A DNA stretch of 64,000 nucleotides from an uncultured bacterium (lineage in GTDB: Bacteria > Patescibacteriota > Minisyncoccia > Phycocordibacterales > Phycocordibacteraceae). The notes beneath the pieces were generated by a model that was given only the letters and a program-made list of their open reading frames with translations, had not been told where the DNA came from and did no database searches. Positions 18,173 to 27,242 of this stretch are shown piece by piece; the first letter of the stretch is position 1; every line of letters starts with the position of its first letter. The DNA lies in the NCBI GenBank assembly GCA_937879955.1, contig CALFMK010000001.1:506356-570355 (forward strand), given 5' to 3'. The position numbers and the translations under genes were made by a program.

Positions 18173-18845
18173 GGGGCCGCGCTCGATCGGCGTGATCATG
18201 GACGGGAACCGCCGATGGGCGAAGTCCCGGGGGCTGCCGACGCTCGAAGGGCATAAGGCTGGCGCGGAGAAGATATTCGAGCTCGCGGACTGGGCGCATG
18301 CGGCCGGCGTCGAGGAGGTGATCCTGTACACGTTCTCGACCGAGAACTGGCAGCGGGCGGAAGAGGAGGTCGGGTACCTGATGCGCCTCGCCGAGCATCT
18401 GTTCACGGAAGAGCTCGGGCGCTTCGAGGAGGCGGGCGTCCGCGTCCGCTTCATCGGCGACCTCTCGCGCGCGAGCGACCGCATCCAGTCCGTCATGAAG
18501 GAAGCGGAAGCGCGCACGAAGGACGGCACGAACGGCACTATCGTCTTCGCGTTCTCGTACGGCGGACGCCCTGAGATCCTCGCGGCGGTCAACCGGCTGC
18601 TCCTAGAAGGGAAGGGGTCCGTGGACGAGGAGGGGTTCAAGGACGCGATGTGGAGCGCCGGGCTCCTCGACCCGGATCTCATCCTGCGCACGGGCGGGGA
18701 TCATAGGCTCTCGAACTTCCTGCCGTGGCAGTCGGTGTACAGCGAGCTCTTCTTCCTCGACACGATGTGGCCGGACCTCTCGAAGGAGGAGTTCGACGGC
18801 GTCCTCGCCGCGTTCCGCGAGCGCGAGCGCAGGCACGGGAAATAG
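18165..18845 (+). CDS. uppS: undecaprenyl diphosphate synthase (cis-prenyltransferase)
   Basis: IGVIMDGNRRWA, YTFSTENWQR, RTGGDHRLSNFLPWQ signatures; ATG overlaps acyP stop. Confidence 0.85.
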   Translation: MDKGPRSIGVIMDGNRRWAKSRGLPTLEGHKAGAEKIFELADWAHAAGVEEVILYTFSTENWQRAEEEVGYLMRLAEHLFTEELGRFEEAGVRVRFIGDLSRASDRIQSVMKEAEARTKDGTNGTIVFAFSYGGRPEILAAVNRLLLEGKGSVDEEGFKDAMWSAGLLDPDLILRTGGDHRLSNFLPWQSVYSELFFLDTMWPDLSKEEFDGVLAAFRERERRHGK

Positions 18846-18867
18846 CCCTTTGTGCTAGGGTGTCCCT

Positions 18868-19599
18868 ATGAACCCCACCATCCTCTACGAGGACGACGAG
18901 ATCGTAGCCATCGCCAAGGAGGCGGGCTGGATGACGCACCCGGACGGCCACACTACGGACGAGACTCTGAGCGACTGGTTCGCGCGAGCGTATCCGGCGT
19001 CCGCTACCGTGGGCGAGACCCAGCGACTCAAGGACGGGACGGAGATCGCGCGCCCGGGCGTGGTGCACCGTCTCGACCGCGACACCTCAGGCGTGCTCGT
19101 CTTCGCGAAGACCCCCGAGTCGCACGAGCGCCTCAAGGAGGCCTTCAAGGGCCGCCAGGCGAAGAAGACCTATCTCGCGTTCGTGTACGGCGAACTGAAG
19201 GAAGAGAAGGGGGCGATCGACTTCGCCATTGGACGCAGCAACAAGGACTTCCGTCTTCGCAGTGCGCAGCCGAAGGCGAAGGGCATGCTGCGCGATGCGC
19301 TCACGAGGTACCAGGTGATCGACAGCATCGGCACGCACTCGCTCGTTCGAATGATGCCGGAGACCGGTCGCACGCATCAGATTCGCGTGCACCTGAAGGC
19401 GATTCATCACCCGGTGGTCTGCGACCCGCTCTATGCGCCGGGCCGTCCCTGCGATCTCGGCCTCCCGCGCCTCGGCCTCCATGCGTACTCCCTCGAGGTG
19501 CCGCTCGCGTCCGGCCGGAAGCTCATCACGGCGCCGGTGCCAGGCGACATGAAGGCCGCGATTGCGCGCTTCAATGCGGGAGAGTACGCTTCGGCCTAG
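18868..19599 (+). CDS. RluA-family pseudouridine synthase
   Basis: HRLDRDTSGVLVFAKT catalytic Asp motif, HQIRVHL motif. Confidence 0.85.
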   Translation: MNPTILYEDDEIVAIAKEAGWMTHPDGHTTDETLSDWFARAYPASATVGETQRLKDGTEIARPGVVHRLDRDTSGVLVFAKTPESHERLKEAFKGRQAKKTYLAFVYGELKEEKGAIDFAIGRSNKDFRLRSAQPKAKGMLRDALTRYQVIDSIGTHSLVRMMPETGRTHQIRVHLKAIHHPVVCDPLYAPGRPCDLGLPRLGLHAYSLEVPLASGRKLITAPVPGDMKAAIARFNAGEYASA

Positions 19600-19626
19600 A
19601 CAGTCATTTCAAATACGGAGGCTTCG

Positions 19627-20160
19627 ATGGAAGCACACGAGATCCTGACGAAGGTCAGGCGCTATCCCGGATACGACGAATGCGTCGTGAAGGACGAGAG
19701 GTCGTTCATCATCATGAACGTCATGTGGCATCTCGCGAAGAGCGTGCGCGTCTGCACCGAGGCTCGCAAGCGCGCGGAGGTCGGATACAGCTACGAGCAG
19801 TTCTGCGAAACGCTCGCCACGCTCATGCGCGGCGCGATCCTTGCCGCGCTTACGGGCGGCGTAGGCTCGGTGTCTCTCGAGAGCGTCCTGGACGAATGGA
19901 AGTCGGAACGGGAACCGTCCGCGGACCCCTTCAAGAAGGGACGGGACAGCCTCTACTTCCCGGATCTGTGCGACCGCCTGATCGAGGAGATCTTCCTGGT
20001 GCTCGAGCTCACCGCATCCTCCGAGCCTCGTTACCAGGATCTGGAGAAATCGCTCCTGCGTCTTGTCCAGCACACTCTCCGTCTGGCTACTATGTTCAGC
20101 TATGGTCGGGAGGAGTTCGAGCGATTCCTCACATCTCCGGCCCAAGGCCTTGCGGCCTGA
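19627..20160 (+). CDS. hypothetical protein
   Basis: 177 aa; GGAGG SD 7 nt upstream; no family recognised. Confidence 0.55.
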   Translation: MEAHEILTKVRRYPGYDECVVKDERSFIIMNVMWHLAKSVRVCTEARKRAEVGYSYEQFCETLATLMRGAILAALTGGVGSVSLESVLDEWKSEREPSADPFKKGRDSLYFPDLCDRLIEEIFLVLELTASSEPRYQDLEKSLLRLVQHTLRLATMFSYGREEFERFLTSPAQGLAA

Positions 20161-20175
20161 ACGCGCTATTTCTAC

Positions 20176-20201
20176 GGCGGCTTCCCTTGGGGAGCCGCCG
20201 T
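20176..20201. terminator. terminator hairpin
   Basis: CGGCGGCTTCCCTTGGGGAGCCGCCG. Confidence 0.6.
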
Positions 20202-20202
20202 T

Positions 20203-20230
20203 TTGCTTTTGGAAACCGCCGTGGTACAGT
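20203..20230 (+). promoter_or_regulatory. putative sigma-70-type promoter of rplS (TTGCTT-N16-TGgTACAGT)
   Basis: -35-like TTGCTT, extended -10 TGGTACAGT; same TGgTACAGT element upstream of rpsF (43161..43170) and rplJ leader (54745..54753). Confidence 0.4.
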
Positions 20231-20239
20231 ACCGCGGCA

Positions 20240-20782
20240 ATGAACGCAGTCCACACACCAGTCAAAACCGAAGAGCGCACCCAGCTCGGCATCCGCCCGG
20301 GCGATACCGTTCGCGTCCACCAGAAGGTGATCGAGAAGGGGAAGACGCGCCTCCAGGTATTCGAGGGCCTCGTCCTCGCCGTGAAGCACGGCACCGAGGC
20401 AGGCGCGACCTTCACGGTCCGCGCCATGATGTCCGGCATCGGCGTCGAGAAGATCTTCCCGCTCTACAGCCCGATCATCGACAAGATCGACATCGTCCGC
20501 CGCTCTAAGGTCCGCCGCGCGAAGCTCTACTTCATCCGCGAGAAGGTCGCCCGCGAGGTACGCCGCCAGCTCCGCAACATGCGCATGGTCAACCTCTCCA
20601 CGGCAGACTTCAAGGAAGAGGAGAAGCCGGAGGCTCCTATCGAGGAGGAGGTCGTCGCGACCGACGCCGCAGATGTCACCGTCGAGGTGGACACCGTCCC
20701 TGAGGGAGACCAGGATGTCGTCACTTCGGAGGAGACCGCCGCAGAGGAGGCTCGCGAGGAGAAGAAGAACGAGGAGGCGTAA
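20240..20782 (+). CDS. rplS: 50S ribosomal protein L19 with acidic C-terminal extension
   Basis: N-terminal 120 aa match L19 ([26 protein letters not shown]); extra 60 aa E/D-rich tail. Confidence 0.85.
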   Translation: MNAVHTPVKTEERTQLGIRPGDTVRVHQKVIEKGKTRLQVFEGLVLAVKHGTEAGATFTVRAMMSGIGVEKIFPLYSPIIDKIDIVRRSKVRRAKLYFIREKVAREVRRQLRNMRMVNLSTADFKEEEKPEAPIEEEVVATDAADVTVEVDTVPEGDQDVVTSEETAAEEAREEKKNEEA

Positions 20783-20803
20783 GCCACTCTTTCGCACGAG
20801 GAT

Positions 20804-20828
20804 GAAGAGCCGGCCATGCCGGCTCTTC
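20804..20828. terminator. terminator hairpin
   Basis: GAAGAGCCGGCC-ATG-CCGGCTCTTC followed by T-rich tract. Confidence 0.65.
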
Positions 20829-20865
20829 ATATTTTCATTACCGACGCAGCGTATGCTTCGGGTAT

Positions 20866-21549
20866 ATGGGACTGCGCGGGCCGAAGCCTAAGAGGCAGGA
20901 GATTAAATGGACCGAGGATTTCGCCTACGCGGTCGGGCTACTCGCGACCGACGGCTGCCTCTCTTCTGACGGGAGACATCTCTCGCTTGTATCGAAGGAT
21001 CGCGAGCAGGTAGAGGCAATCAAGAGGTGTCTCGGCTTAGGGGCGGGCATACGTCGTCATGATGCCGGAGTCGCTGGTAAGGACCGGGCATACTTTCGCA
21101 TCCAGTGGGGAGACGTGATTCTGTACGACTTCCTAAGGTCCATAGGGATCAGGGAGCGGAAATCTCTCACCATCGGCGCACTCCAGATACCGGACGAATA
21201 CTTCTTCGATTTCCTGCGAGGCTCGTTCGACGGGGATGGAAGCTTCTACAGCTATCGCGATCCTCGATGGAGCACGAGCTTCATGATCTATACGAGCTTC
21301 GCATCAGCCAGCCATGCCCATGTATGTTGGCTCCGCGAGACCGTACGACGCCTCGCTGGAATCGTCGGACACGTGTCTGTCAGCAAGAGGGGGAATGGCA
21401 TGTACAGCCTCCGGTACGCCAAGCGGGAATCGTTGCAGCTGCTCGCCCGGCTGTACTCTAAGGCCGGCTCGGCCTGCCTTGCGAGGAAAAGATTGAAAAT
21501 AGAGCGCAGTTTGCGTATAGTAGGCGAGTTGCTGCCGGCTGGCAGCTAG
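20866..21549 (+). CDS. double-motif LAGLIDADG homing endonuclease (free-standing)
   Basis: two LAGLIDADG motifs: FAYAVGLLATDGCLSSDG and FFDFLRGSFDGDGSFYSY; 227 aa; GC slightly below flanks; abuts tRNA-Leu. Confidence 0.8.
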   Translation: MGLRGPKPKRQEIKWTEDFAYAVGLLATDGCLSSDGRHLSLVSKDREQVEAIKRCLGLGAGIRRHDAGVAGKDRAYFRIQWGDVILYDFLRSIGIRERKSLTIGALQIPDEYFFDFLRGSFDGDGSFYSYRDPRWSTSFMIYTSFASASHAHVCWLRETVRRLAGIVGHVSVSKRGNGMYSLRYAKRESLQLLARLYSKAGSACLARKRLKIERSLRIVGELLPAGS

Positions 21550-21554
21550 AACGA

Positions 21555-21636
21555 GCCCGGGTGTCGAAATTGGTAGACGAGCATCCTTGAGGTGGATGTG
21601 CCGAAAGGCGTGGAGGTTCAAGTCCTCTCTCGGGCA
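21555..21636 (+). tRNA. tRNA-Leu (anticodon GAG)
   Basis: type II tRNA, anticodon stem CATCC/GGATG loop TTGAGGT, T-arm GGAGGTTCAAGTCCTCT. Confidence 0.8.
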
Positions 21637-21747
21637 CACTGTAAGGTAATCGAAGCAAAAGGGACTTCTTGTGGAGTCCCTTTTGCCGTCCAGGATAGAG
21701 ACAGGGACTCACCATTTCCCGGTTCTCGTGCTATAACCCTTCTACAT

Positions 21748-21821
21748 GGCGGCCTTAGCTCAGTTGGTAGAGCATCGGTTTGTGGTACCGACGGTCATGG
21801 GTTCGAGCCCCATAGGTCGCC
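21748..21821 (+). tRNA. tRNA-His (anticodon GTG) with genome-encoded G-1
   Basis: extra 5' G pairing with discriminator C, anticodon loop TTGTGGT, T-loop TTCGAGC. Confidence 0.85.
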
Positions 21822-21830
21822 CCTAGTTAT

Positions 21831-22232
21831 ATGAAGTCCTTCCTCGAAGAGTTCAAGAAGTTCGCGCTCCGCGGCAACGCCGTCGACCTCGCGATCGGCG
21901 TCGTGATCGGCGGGGCCTTCACGGCCATCACGAACTCGCTCGTGACGAACATCATCACGCCGCCTCTGTCGCTCCTGACCCGCGGCATCAACTTCGCGGA
22001 CCTCGCGTTCCAGATCCCGACCACGGACGCCGAGATCCAGTACGGCCTCTTCGTCCAGTCCGTGATCACCTTCGTCATCACGGCGTTCGCGCTCTTCCTC
22101 CTCGTGAAGCTCATCAATCACCTCACGATGCTCGCGCGCAGGGACCAGGAGCAAGGCAAGACCGAGCCTGCCGCGAAGAGTCCCGAGGTTATGGTGCTCG
22201 AGGAGATCCGCGACGCCCTCAAGAAGCAATAG
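21831..22232 (+). CDS. mscL: large-conductance mechanosensitive channel MscL
   Basis: 133 aa; FALRGNAVDLAIGVVIGGAFTAI signature. Confidence 0.85.
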   Translation: MKSFLEEFKKFALRGNAVDLAIGVVIGGAFTAITNSLVTNIITPPLSLLTRGINFADLAFQIPTTDAEIQYGLFVQSVITFVITAFALFLLVKLINHLTMLARRDQEQGKTEPAAKSPEVMVLEEIRDALKKQ

Positions 22233-22236
22233 GCGC

Positions 22237-22890
22237 ATGAAGCAGCTCCTCTCGCTCTCGGCCATCCTCCTTGTCGTCGGCATCGCGGGCTTCCTGTACC
22301 GCAACGCGGTAGAGAAGCCGTACGCGACGGAAGAGCGCGCCTGCACGCTCGAGGCGAAGGTCTGTCCGGACGGGTCGAGCGTAGGACGCAGCGGCCCGTC
22401 GTGCTCGTTCGCGCCGTGCGCGTTCCCGAATATGGAGCTGCCGGCCGCCGGCCTGAGCTTCATCGTGCCTGAGGGGTACACAGCCGATACGGACGCAGGG
22501 TCTGCGCTCGCGGCGTTCTCGAAGCCCGCGACGCTCGACTGGCCCGCGCACACTATCAGCGTGTACCGCTACCCGATCCCGGAAGGGGAGACCGCAGAGG
22601 ACGTCATGCTCGCGAACGTCAGGTTCCAGCCCGCCGATGAGCAGGCGACCGACCTCTCGCGCTTCCGCGATCTCAGGGCAGGCGGCAGGACCTTCAAGGA
22701 GGTGACCGTCGAGCGGTTCGAGGGCCTCGTGCATACCTCGTACTTCTTTGTCCGTGACTCCGACGTCGTCAGGTTCGATGTCTCGGAGAAGGGCGTGCAG
22801 GGCTGGACCGATGCCGCGCTCGACATCCGCGCGCTCCCGGAGCATAAGGCGCTCTCCCGCCTCCTCTCGAGCCTCCAGGCGGCGCCGTAA
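22237..22890 (+). CDS. hypothetical membrane-anchored/secreted protein
   Basis: N-terminal TM helix, Cys-containing segment, no family recognised. Confidence 0.5.
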   Translation: MKQLLSLSAILLVVGIAGFLYRNAVEKPYATEERACTLEAKVCPDGSSVGRSGPSCSFAPCAFPNMELPAAGLSFIVPEGYTADTDAGSALAAFSKPATLDWPAHTISVYRYPIPEGETAEDVMLANVRFQPADEQATDLSRFRDLRAGGRTFKEVTVERFEGLVHTSYFFVRDSDVVRFDVSEKGVQGWTDAALDIRALPEHKALSRLLSSLQAAP

Positions 22891-22947
22891 GACAAGGGGC
22901 GCTCGCACGTCGTGATACGATAAGTGCGATCCAATAACGAAGCCACC

Positions 22948-23751
22948 ATGAAAACGTTCCTCGACGAATTGACCAGCAACCGCACCGCGCGCATTGCCGC
23001 GGTCGCCGTGCTCGTGTTCCTCGCGCTCTTCCTCCTCGTGAAGACGTGGGACGCCGCGTTCGGCCGCGACATCAGTGATCCGTACAACACCATCACGGTG
23101 GAGGGTACAGGCCGCGCCGCGATGGTGCCGGACACCGCGCGCATCACGTTCACCGTCACCGAGTCCTCGGCGAACGTCGCTGACGCCCAGAAGAAGGCCA
23201 CCGACAAGACCGATGCCGTGCTCGCAGCGCTCAAGGACCAGGATATCGACGATCGCGACGTGAAGACGCTCTCGTACAACGTGTCCCCGCGCTACGAGTA
23301 CAATCAGCGCGCATGCCTCGCCGGCATGATCTGCCCGCCGGTCTCCGGAAGCCCGACCATCGTCGGCTACGACGTGTCGCAGACCATCCAGGTAAAGGTC
23401 CGCGAGACCGACAAGGCAGGCGACGTGCTCGCGTCCCTCGGCAGCCTCGGCGTGCAGAACGTGAATGGCCCCGAGTTCGTCGTGGATGACGAGACCGCCG
23501 TCCAGGCAGAGGCGCGCGAGGAGGCGATCGCTGAGGCTCGCGCGAAGGCGAAGGCGCTCGCGAAGGAGCTCGGCGTGCATCTCGGCGACATCGTGTCCTT
23601 CTACGAGGGTCCGACCGGCGGCGAGGCCTACGGCTACAAGGGCGGCGTCATGATGGACGCGTCCATGGCCGTCCCGCAGGCCGCGCCGACCCTCCCGGTG
23701 GGGGAGAACGAGACCGAGACCACCGTCTCGATCACCTACGAGATCCGCTAG
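22948..23751 (+). CDS. SIMPL-domain (DUF541) protein
   Basis: N-terminal TM anchor; ITVEGTGRAAMVPDTARITFTVTE and C-terminal pattern typical of SIMPL/26 kDa periplasmic immunogenic protein family. Confidence 0.7.
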   Translation: MKTFLDELTSNRTARIAAVAVLVFLALFLLVKTWDAAFGRDISDPYNTITVEGTGRAAMVPDTARITFTVTESSANVADAQKKATDKTDAVLAALKDQDIDDRDVKTLSYNVSPRYEYNQRACLAGMICPPVSGSPTIVGYDVSQTIQVKVRETDKAGDVLASLGSLGVQNVNGPEFVVDDETAVQAEAREEAIAEARAKAKALAKELGVHLGDIVSFYEGPTGGEAYGYKGGVMMDASMAVPQAAPTLPVGENETETTVSITYEIR

Positions 23752-23766
23752 GGATCGAGAGAGGAG

Positions 23767-23796
23767 ACAACAGCCCCGCACGCGCGGGGCTGTTGT
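23767..23796. terminator. terminator hairpin
   Basis: ACAACAGCCCCGCACGCGCGGGGCTGTTGT. Confidence 0.7.
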
Positions 23797-23798
23797 CG

Positions 23799-23827
23799 TT
23801 TGACACAGTATCCAGGCCGCAGTATGC
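23799..23827 (+). promoter_or_regulatory. putative promoter of secE-nusG-rplK (TTGACA-N17-TATGCT)
   Basis: consensus -35 TTGACA, 17-nt spacer, -10 TATGCT immediately after upstream terminator. Confidence 0.5.
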
Positions 23828-23873
23828 TATCGACATACAAGGCCCGCGGGGCTTTTTTATTTACACGACCACC

Positions 23874-24065
23874 ATGAAATCACTCTTCACCTACCTCAGG
23901 AACGTGCGCGGCGAGCTCGCCCATGTCGTCTGGCCTGACCGCACGCAGGCCATGGTGCATACGGTGCTCATCATCCTCATCTGCGCCGTCGTCGCGCTCT
24001 ACCTCTCCGGGCTCGACTACGTCTTCACCGGCGTGGTGAACCGCCTCGTCACGGGCTCCTACTAG
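23874..24065 (+). CDS. secE: preprotein translocase subunit SecE (short form)
   Basis: 63 aa, single TM helix, directly upstream of nusG as in conserved secE-nusG-rplK cluster. Confidence 0.7.
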   Translation: MKSLFTYLRNVRGELAHVVWPDRTQAMVHTVLIILICAVVALYLSGLDYVFTGVVNRLVTGSY

Positions 24066-24086
24066 TCTCCTAACTATCCCGCCACT

Positions 24087-24653
24087 ATGGAAATGACCGC
24101 ACCCCAGTTCAACGAAGAGGCCGCGGACCAGACCCCGCGCTGGTACACCATCCACACGTACGCCGGCTACGAGAACGCCGTCGAACGCAACCTCAAGCAG
24201 CGCATCGAGTCGCTCGGCATGGAGAACAAGATCTTCGACGTGGTCGTCCCGACCGAGAAGAAGATCCGCGTGAAGGGAGGAAAGCGCATCGTCGAGGAGG
24301 AGAAGATCTACCCGGGCTACATCCTCGTGCGCATGATCGTGGACGAGGACTCGTGGTTCGTCGTCCGCAACACCCCGCGCGTCACCGGCTTCGTCGGCGC
24401 CGGCAACACGCCGGTCCCTATGGAGGAGAACGAGGTCAACACGCTCATGAAGCGCATGGACCAGGAGGCGCCGAAGCATCGCATCGACCTTATGAAGGAC
24501 GACCCGGTGGCCATCGTCGACGGCCCGTTCAAGGACCTCGAGGGCAAGATCGGCGAGATCGACGAGGAGCGCGGCAAGGTGAAGGTCATGGTGGCCATGT
24601 TCGGCCGCGAGACCCCGGTCGAGCTCGACTTCCTCCAGATCCGCAAGCTCTAA
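24087..24653 (+). CDS. nusG: transcription termination/antitermination factor NusG
   Basis: NGN domain (WYTIHTYAGYENAV) and KOW domain (VDGPFKDLEGKIGEID). Confidence 0.9.
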   Translation: MEMTAPQFNEEAADQTPRWYTIHTYAGYENAVERNLKQRIESLGMENKIFDVVVPTEKKIRVKGGKRIVEEEKIYPGYILVRMIVDEDSWFVVRNTPRVTGFVGAGNTPVPMEENEVNTLMKRMDQEAPKHRIDLMKDDPVAIVDGPFKDLEGKIGEIDEERGKVKVMVAMFGRETPVELDFLQIRKL

Positions 24654-24701
24654 TCCGGCTCAAATTGACCCCGGTGTTTATTTAGGATACATTCCACTGA
24701 C

Positions 24702-25121
24702 ATGGCAAAAGCAATTAAGAAGATCAAGCTCCAGATCCCTGGAGGAAAGGCTACCCCGGCTCCTCCGGTCGGTACCGTGCTCGGCCCTGCCGGCGTGAAC
24801 ATCGGCGATTTCGTCAACAAGTTCAACGAGCAGACCCGCGACCAGATGGGCGTCATCATCCCGGTGGAGATGACCGTCTACGACGATCGCACGTTCACCT
24901 TCGTCCTCAAGGTGTCCCCGATGTCCCGCCTCATCCTCAAGGCGCTCGGCATCGAGAAGGGTTCCTCGAAGACCCCGTTCTCGAAGGCAGGCACCCTCAC
25001 CAAGGATCAGGTCCGCCAGATCGCGGAGACCAAGATGCCGGACCTCAACGCAGGCAGCATCGAGGCCGCAGAGCGCATCGTAGAGGGCACCGCCCGCTCG
25101 ATGGGAGTCACGGTCAAGTAA
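24702..25121 (+). CDS. rplK: 50S ribosomal protein L11
   Basis: [34 protein letters not shown] classic L11 N-terminus. Confidence 0.9.
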   Translation: MAKAIKKIKLQIPGGKATPAPPVGTVLGPAGVNIGDFVNKFNEQTRDQMGVIIPVEMTVYDDRTFTFVLKVSPMSRLILKALGIEKGSSKTPFSKAGTLTKDQVRQIAETKMPDLNAGSIEAAERIVEGTARSMGVTVK

Positions 25122-25140
25122 GGAAAGGAGACCGAAAGAT

Positions 25141-25170
25141 AAAAGCCCCGCGCGAGCGGGGCTTTTGCTT
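25141..25170. terminator. bidirectional terminator hairpin
   Basis: AAAAGCCCCGCGCGAGCGGGGCTTTTGCTT between convergent rplK and folA. Confidence 0.75.
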
Positions 25171-25678
25171 ATGGGCGCTCGAGATCGAGCCAGGCGTAAC
25201 GGAGCCCTTCGAAATCTCGCTCGTCACGGGCGACTTCCTTCGAGAACTGGCTCTCATACTCAGGGAAGAACGCATCACCCTCCTTCTTGTCGTCGATGAC
25301 GGTGAGGTAGAGGCGGTGCGCGAAGGGAAGCGCGCACTCGTATACCTGCTGGCCGCCGATGGTGAAGATCTCGTCCGCGCCTTCGGCATCGCGCGCGAGG
25401 GAGAGCGCCTCGGGGAAGGAGCGGGCGATTCTTGCGCCCGGTGCCTCGTACGCGCTGTCTCGCGTTATGACGATATTGGCGCGGCCGGGAAGGGGACGGA
25501 ACGTCTCCGGCAGGGACTCCCAGGTCCTGCGGCCCATGATCACGGGATGCCCTAGGGTGAGCGCCTTGAAGCGCTTCAGGTCGTCCGGGATGCTCCAGAG
25601 GAGCTTCCCGTCCTTGCCGAGGGCGCGGTTGCGGCCGAGGGCGGCGATGACGCTTATTTTTTCTCCTTCTTGTGCCAT
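25169..25678 (-). CDS. folA: dihydrofolate reductase
   Basis: ISVIAALGRNRALGKDGKLLW, VIMGRRTWESL, TIGGQQVY motifs of DHFR. Confidence 0.85.
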   Translation of the reverse strand: MAQEGEKISVIAALGRNRALGKDGKLLWSIPDDLKRFKALTLGHPVIMGRRTWESLPETFRPLPGRANIVITRDSAYEAPGARIARSFPEALSLARDAEGADEIFTIGGQQVYECALPFAHRLYLTVIDDKKEGDAFFPEYESQFSKEVARDERDFEGLRYAWLDLERP

Positions 25679-26370
25679 GCCTGCACTTTCTTTATGTCCT
25701 TGTCTCCCCAGAGCTTCGGGAGCATCATCTCCGGTTTCCAGGTCTTCTTGAGCTCGGAGAGGTTCGTGGAGGAAGCGTACTTGCCGGCCTTCGTGTAGTC
25801 ACGCTCGAGGATCGGGCCGGTCTCGAAGAAGATGATCTGCGCGATGCGGCGGCCGACCACGAGCGGGATGATGTAGTTCTTCGAGTTGTTCGTGATCTCC
25901 ATGGTCCAGCGGTTCACGTAGCCCACGTCGCCCCAGCCGGCGCACTTGCAGACCTCGATGAACTGGCGGCCGGTAGAGGAGCGCGCCTTCATCATCGTGG
26001 TGATGTGGTCCTTGCCGCCGATGAACTCGTTGGTGTGCGCGAGGATGGTCTCGCCGGGGCGCAGTACGATGACCTTGTCGTCCTTGTGGATGCCCTGGTC
26101 CCAGTCGAAGTTGTACTTCTTGAACGCCTCGGATGCCTTCACGGCGCGCTGGACCTTGTCGGCGCCCCACACGTGGCGCGTGTGCTCCTCGCTCCAGATG
26201 TTGTAGAGGCTGTGGTTGTAGTTGGGCGGCTGCTCGCGGTAGAACCATTCGCCGAGCGTCACGTCATAGCTCGACGTCGCGAGCTGCGACTGGTCGAACG
26301 GGGAGATCACGATGTCGCCCTTCTTCATCTCTTCGAGGATCCTGCGGTCAGATAGTGCCATAGTCCTCAA
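25654..26370 (-). CDS. dcd: dCTP deaminase / dUTPase-superfamily protein (Dcd-like)
   Basis: 238 aa; jelly-roll Dcd pattern (DIVISPF...SYDVTLG; ARSSTGRQFIEVCKCAGWGDVGYVNRWTMEITN); Lys-rich C-terminal tail; 3' end overlaps folA start. Confidence 0.6.
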   Translation of the reverse strand: MRTMALSDRRILEEMKKGDIVISPFDQSQLATSSYDVTLGEWFYREQPPNYNHSLYNIWSEEHTRHVWGADKVQRAVKASEAFKKYNFDWDQGIHKDDKVIVLRPGETILAHTNEFIGGKDHITTMMKARSSTGRQFIEVCKCAGWGDVGYVNRWTMEITNNSKNYIIPLVVGRRIAQIIFFETGPILERDYTKAGKYASSTNLSELKKTWKPEMMLPKLWGDKDIKKVQAWHKKEKK

Positions 26371-26388
26371 AGTGTACTCGCGCGGGGC

Positions 26389-27222
26389 CTAGACCGCCAT
26401 ATCCGCCTTGATGGTCGGATGGGATTCGTAATTCTCGAGCCTGATGTCGTCCATCGTGAAGCCGTCGATATCCTTCACATCGGGATTGAGCCACAAGGTA
26501 GGAGCCGGGAACGGTTCGCGCGTGAGCTGCTCGGTCACGGCGTCGAAATGGTTCTTATAGATATGCGCGTCACCAAGCGAATGGATGAACTCGTATGCCT
26601 CGAGGCCGGTGGCCTGAGCGACCATATGGAGGAGGAGGGAATAGGAGGCGATGTTGAACGGGACGCCGAGGAACATGTCGCAGGAGCGCTGGTGCATGAG
26701 GAGCGAGAGCTTCCCGTCCGCGACGAAGAACTGGAAGAACATGTGGCAGGGCGGGAGCGCCATCTGGTCGAGCTCGCCGGGGTTCCAGGCGGTGACGATG
26801 AGGCGGCGGTCGTTCGGGTTCGTCTTGATCTTCTCGATAACGTCCGCGAGCTGGTCGACGGTGGTGCCGTCGGGCTTCAGCCACTTCCGCCACTGCACGC
26901 CGTACACGCGGCCCAGGTCGCCCGGGAAGGCGGCCTTCGGGGTCCAGTAGTCGGCTTCCGCGTTCGCGGTCCAGATGGTCCGTTCGGAGCCGTTCAGCTC
27001 CTTGAGGCGGTTGTCGTCGCCCGAGCCCTCGATGATCCAGAGGAGCTCGCTCTTAACGGCCTTGAAGGCGAGCTTCTTAGTCGTGATGGCAGGGAAGCCG
27101 TCCTTCATGTTGAAGCGCATCTGGAGGCCGAAGAGCGCCCGGGTGCCCGTTCCGGTGCGGTCGCCGCGGTCCACCCCGTTCTCCATGATGTTCCTGAGGG
27201 CGTCGAGATAGGGCTGTTCCAT
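26389..27222 (-). CDS. thyA: thymidylate synthase (ThyA, folate-dependent)
   Basis: RTGTGT, VTAWNP, catalytic [24 protein letters not shown] signatures. Confidence 0.9.
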   Translation of the reverse strand: MEQPYLDALRNIMENGVDRGDRTGTGTRALFGLQMRFNMKDGFPAITTKKLAFKAVKSELLWIIEGSGDDNRLKELNGSERTIWTANAEADYWTPKAAFPGDLGRVYGVQWRKWLKPDGTTVDQLADVIEKIKTNPNDRRLIVTAWNPGELDQMALPPCHMFFQFFVADGKLSLLMHQRSCDMFLGVPFNIASYSLLLHMVAQATGLEAYEFIHSLGDAHIYKNHFDAVTEQLTREPFPAPTLWLNPDVKDIDGFTMDDIRLENYESHPTIKADMAV

Positions 27223-27242
27223 GCGCCTAGTATACTGGGGTC

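Noticed and set aside
22219-23781. 520-aa minus-strand ORF
   Set aside because: Antisense to the SIMPL and membrane-protein genes; Arg/Gly/Asp-rich artefact.
23841-23873. GGCCCGCGGGGCTTTTTT tract just upstream of secE start as an attenuator
   Set aside because: Stem is imperfect and only 20 nt from the start codon; more likely just part of the leader/SD region.
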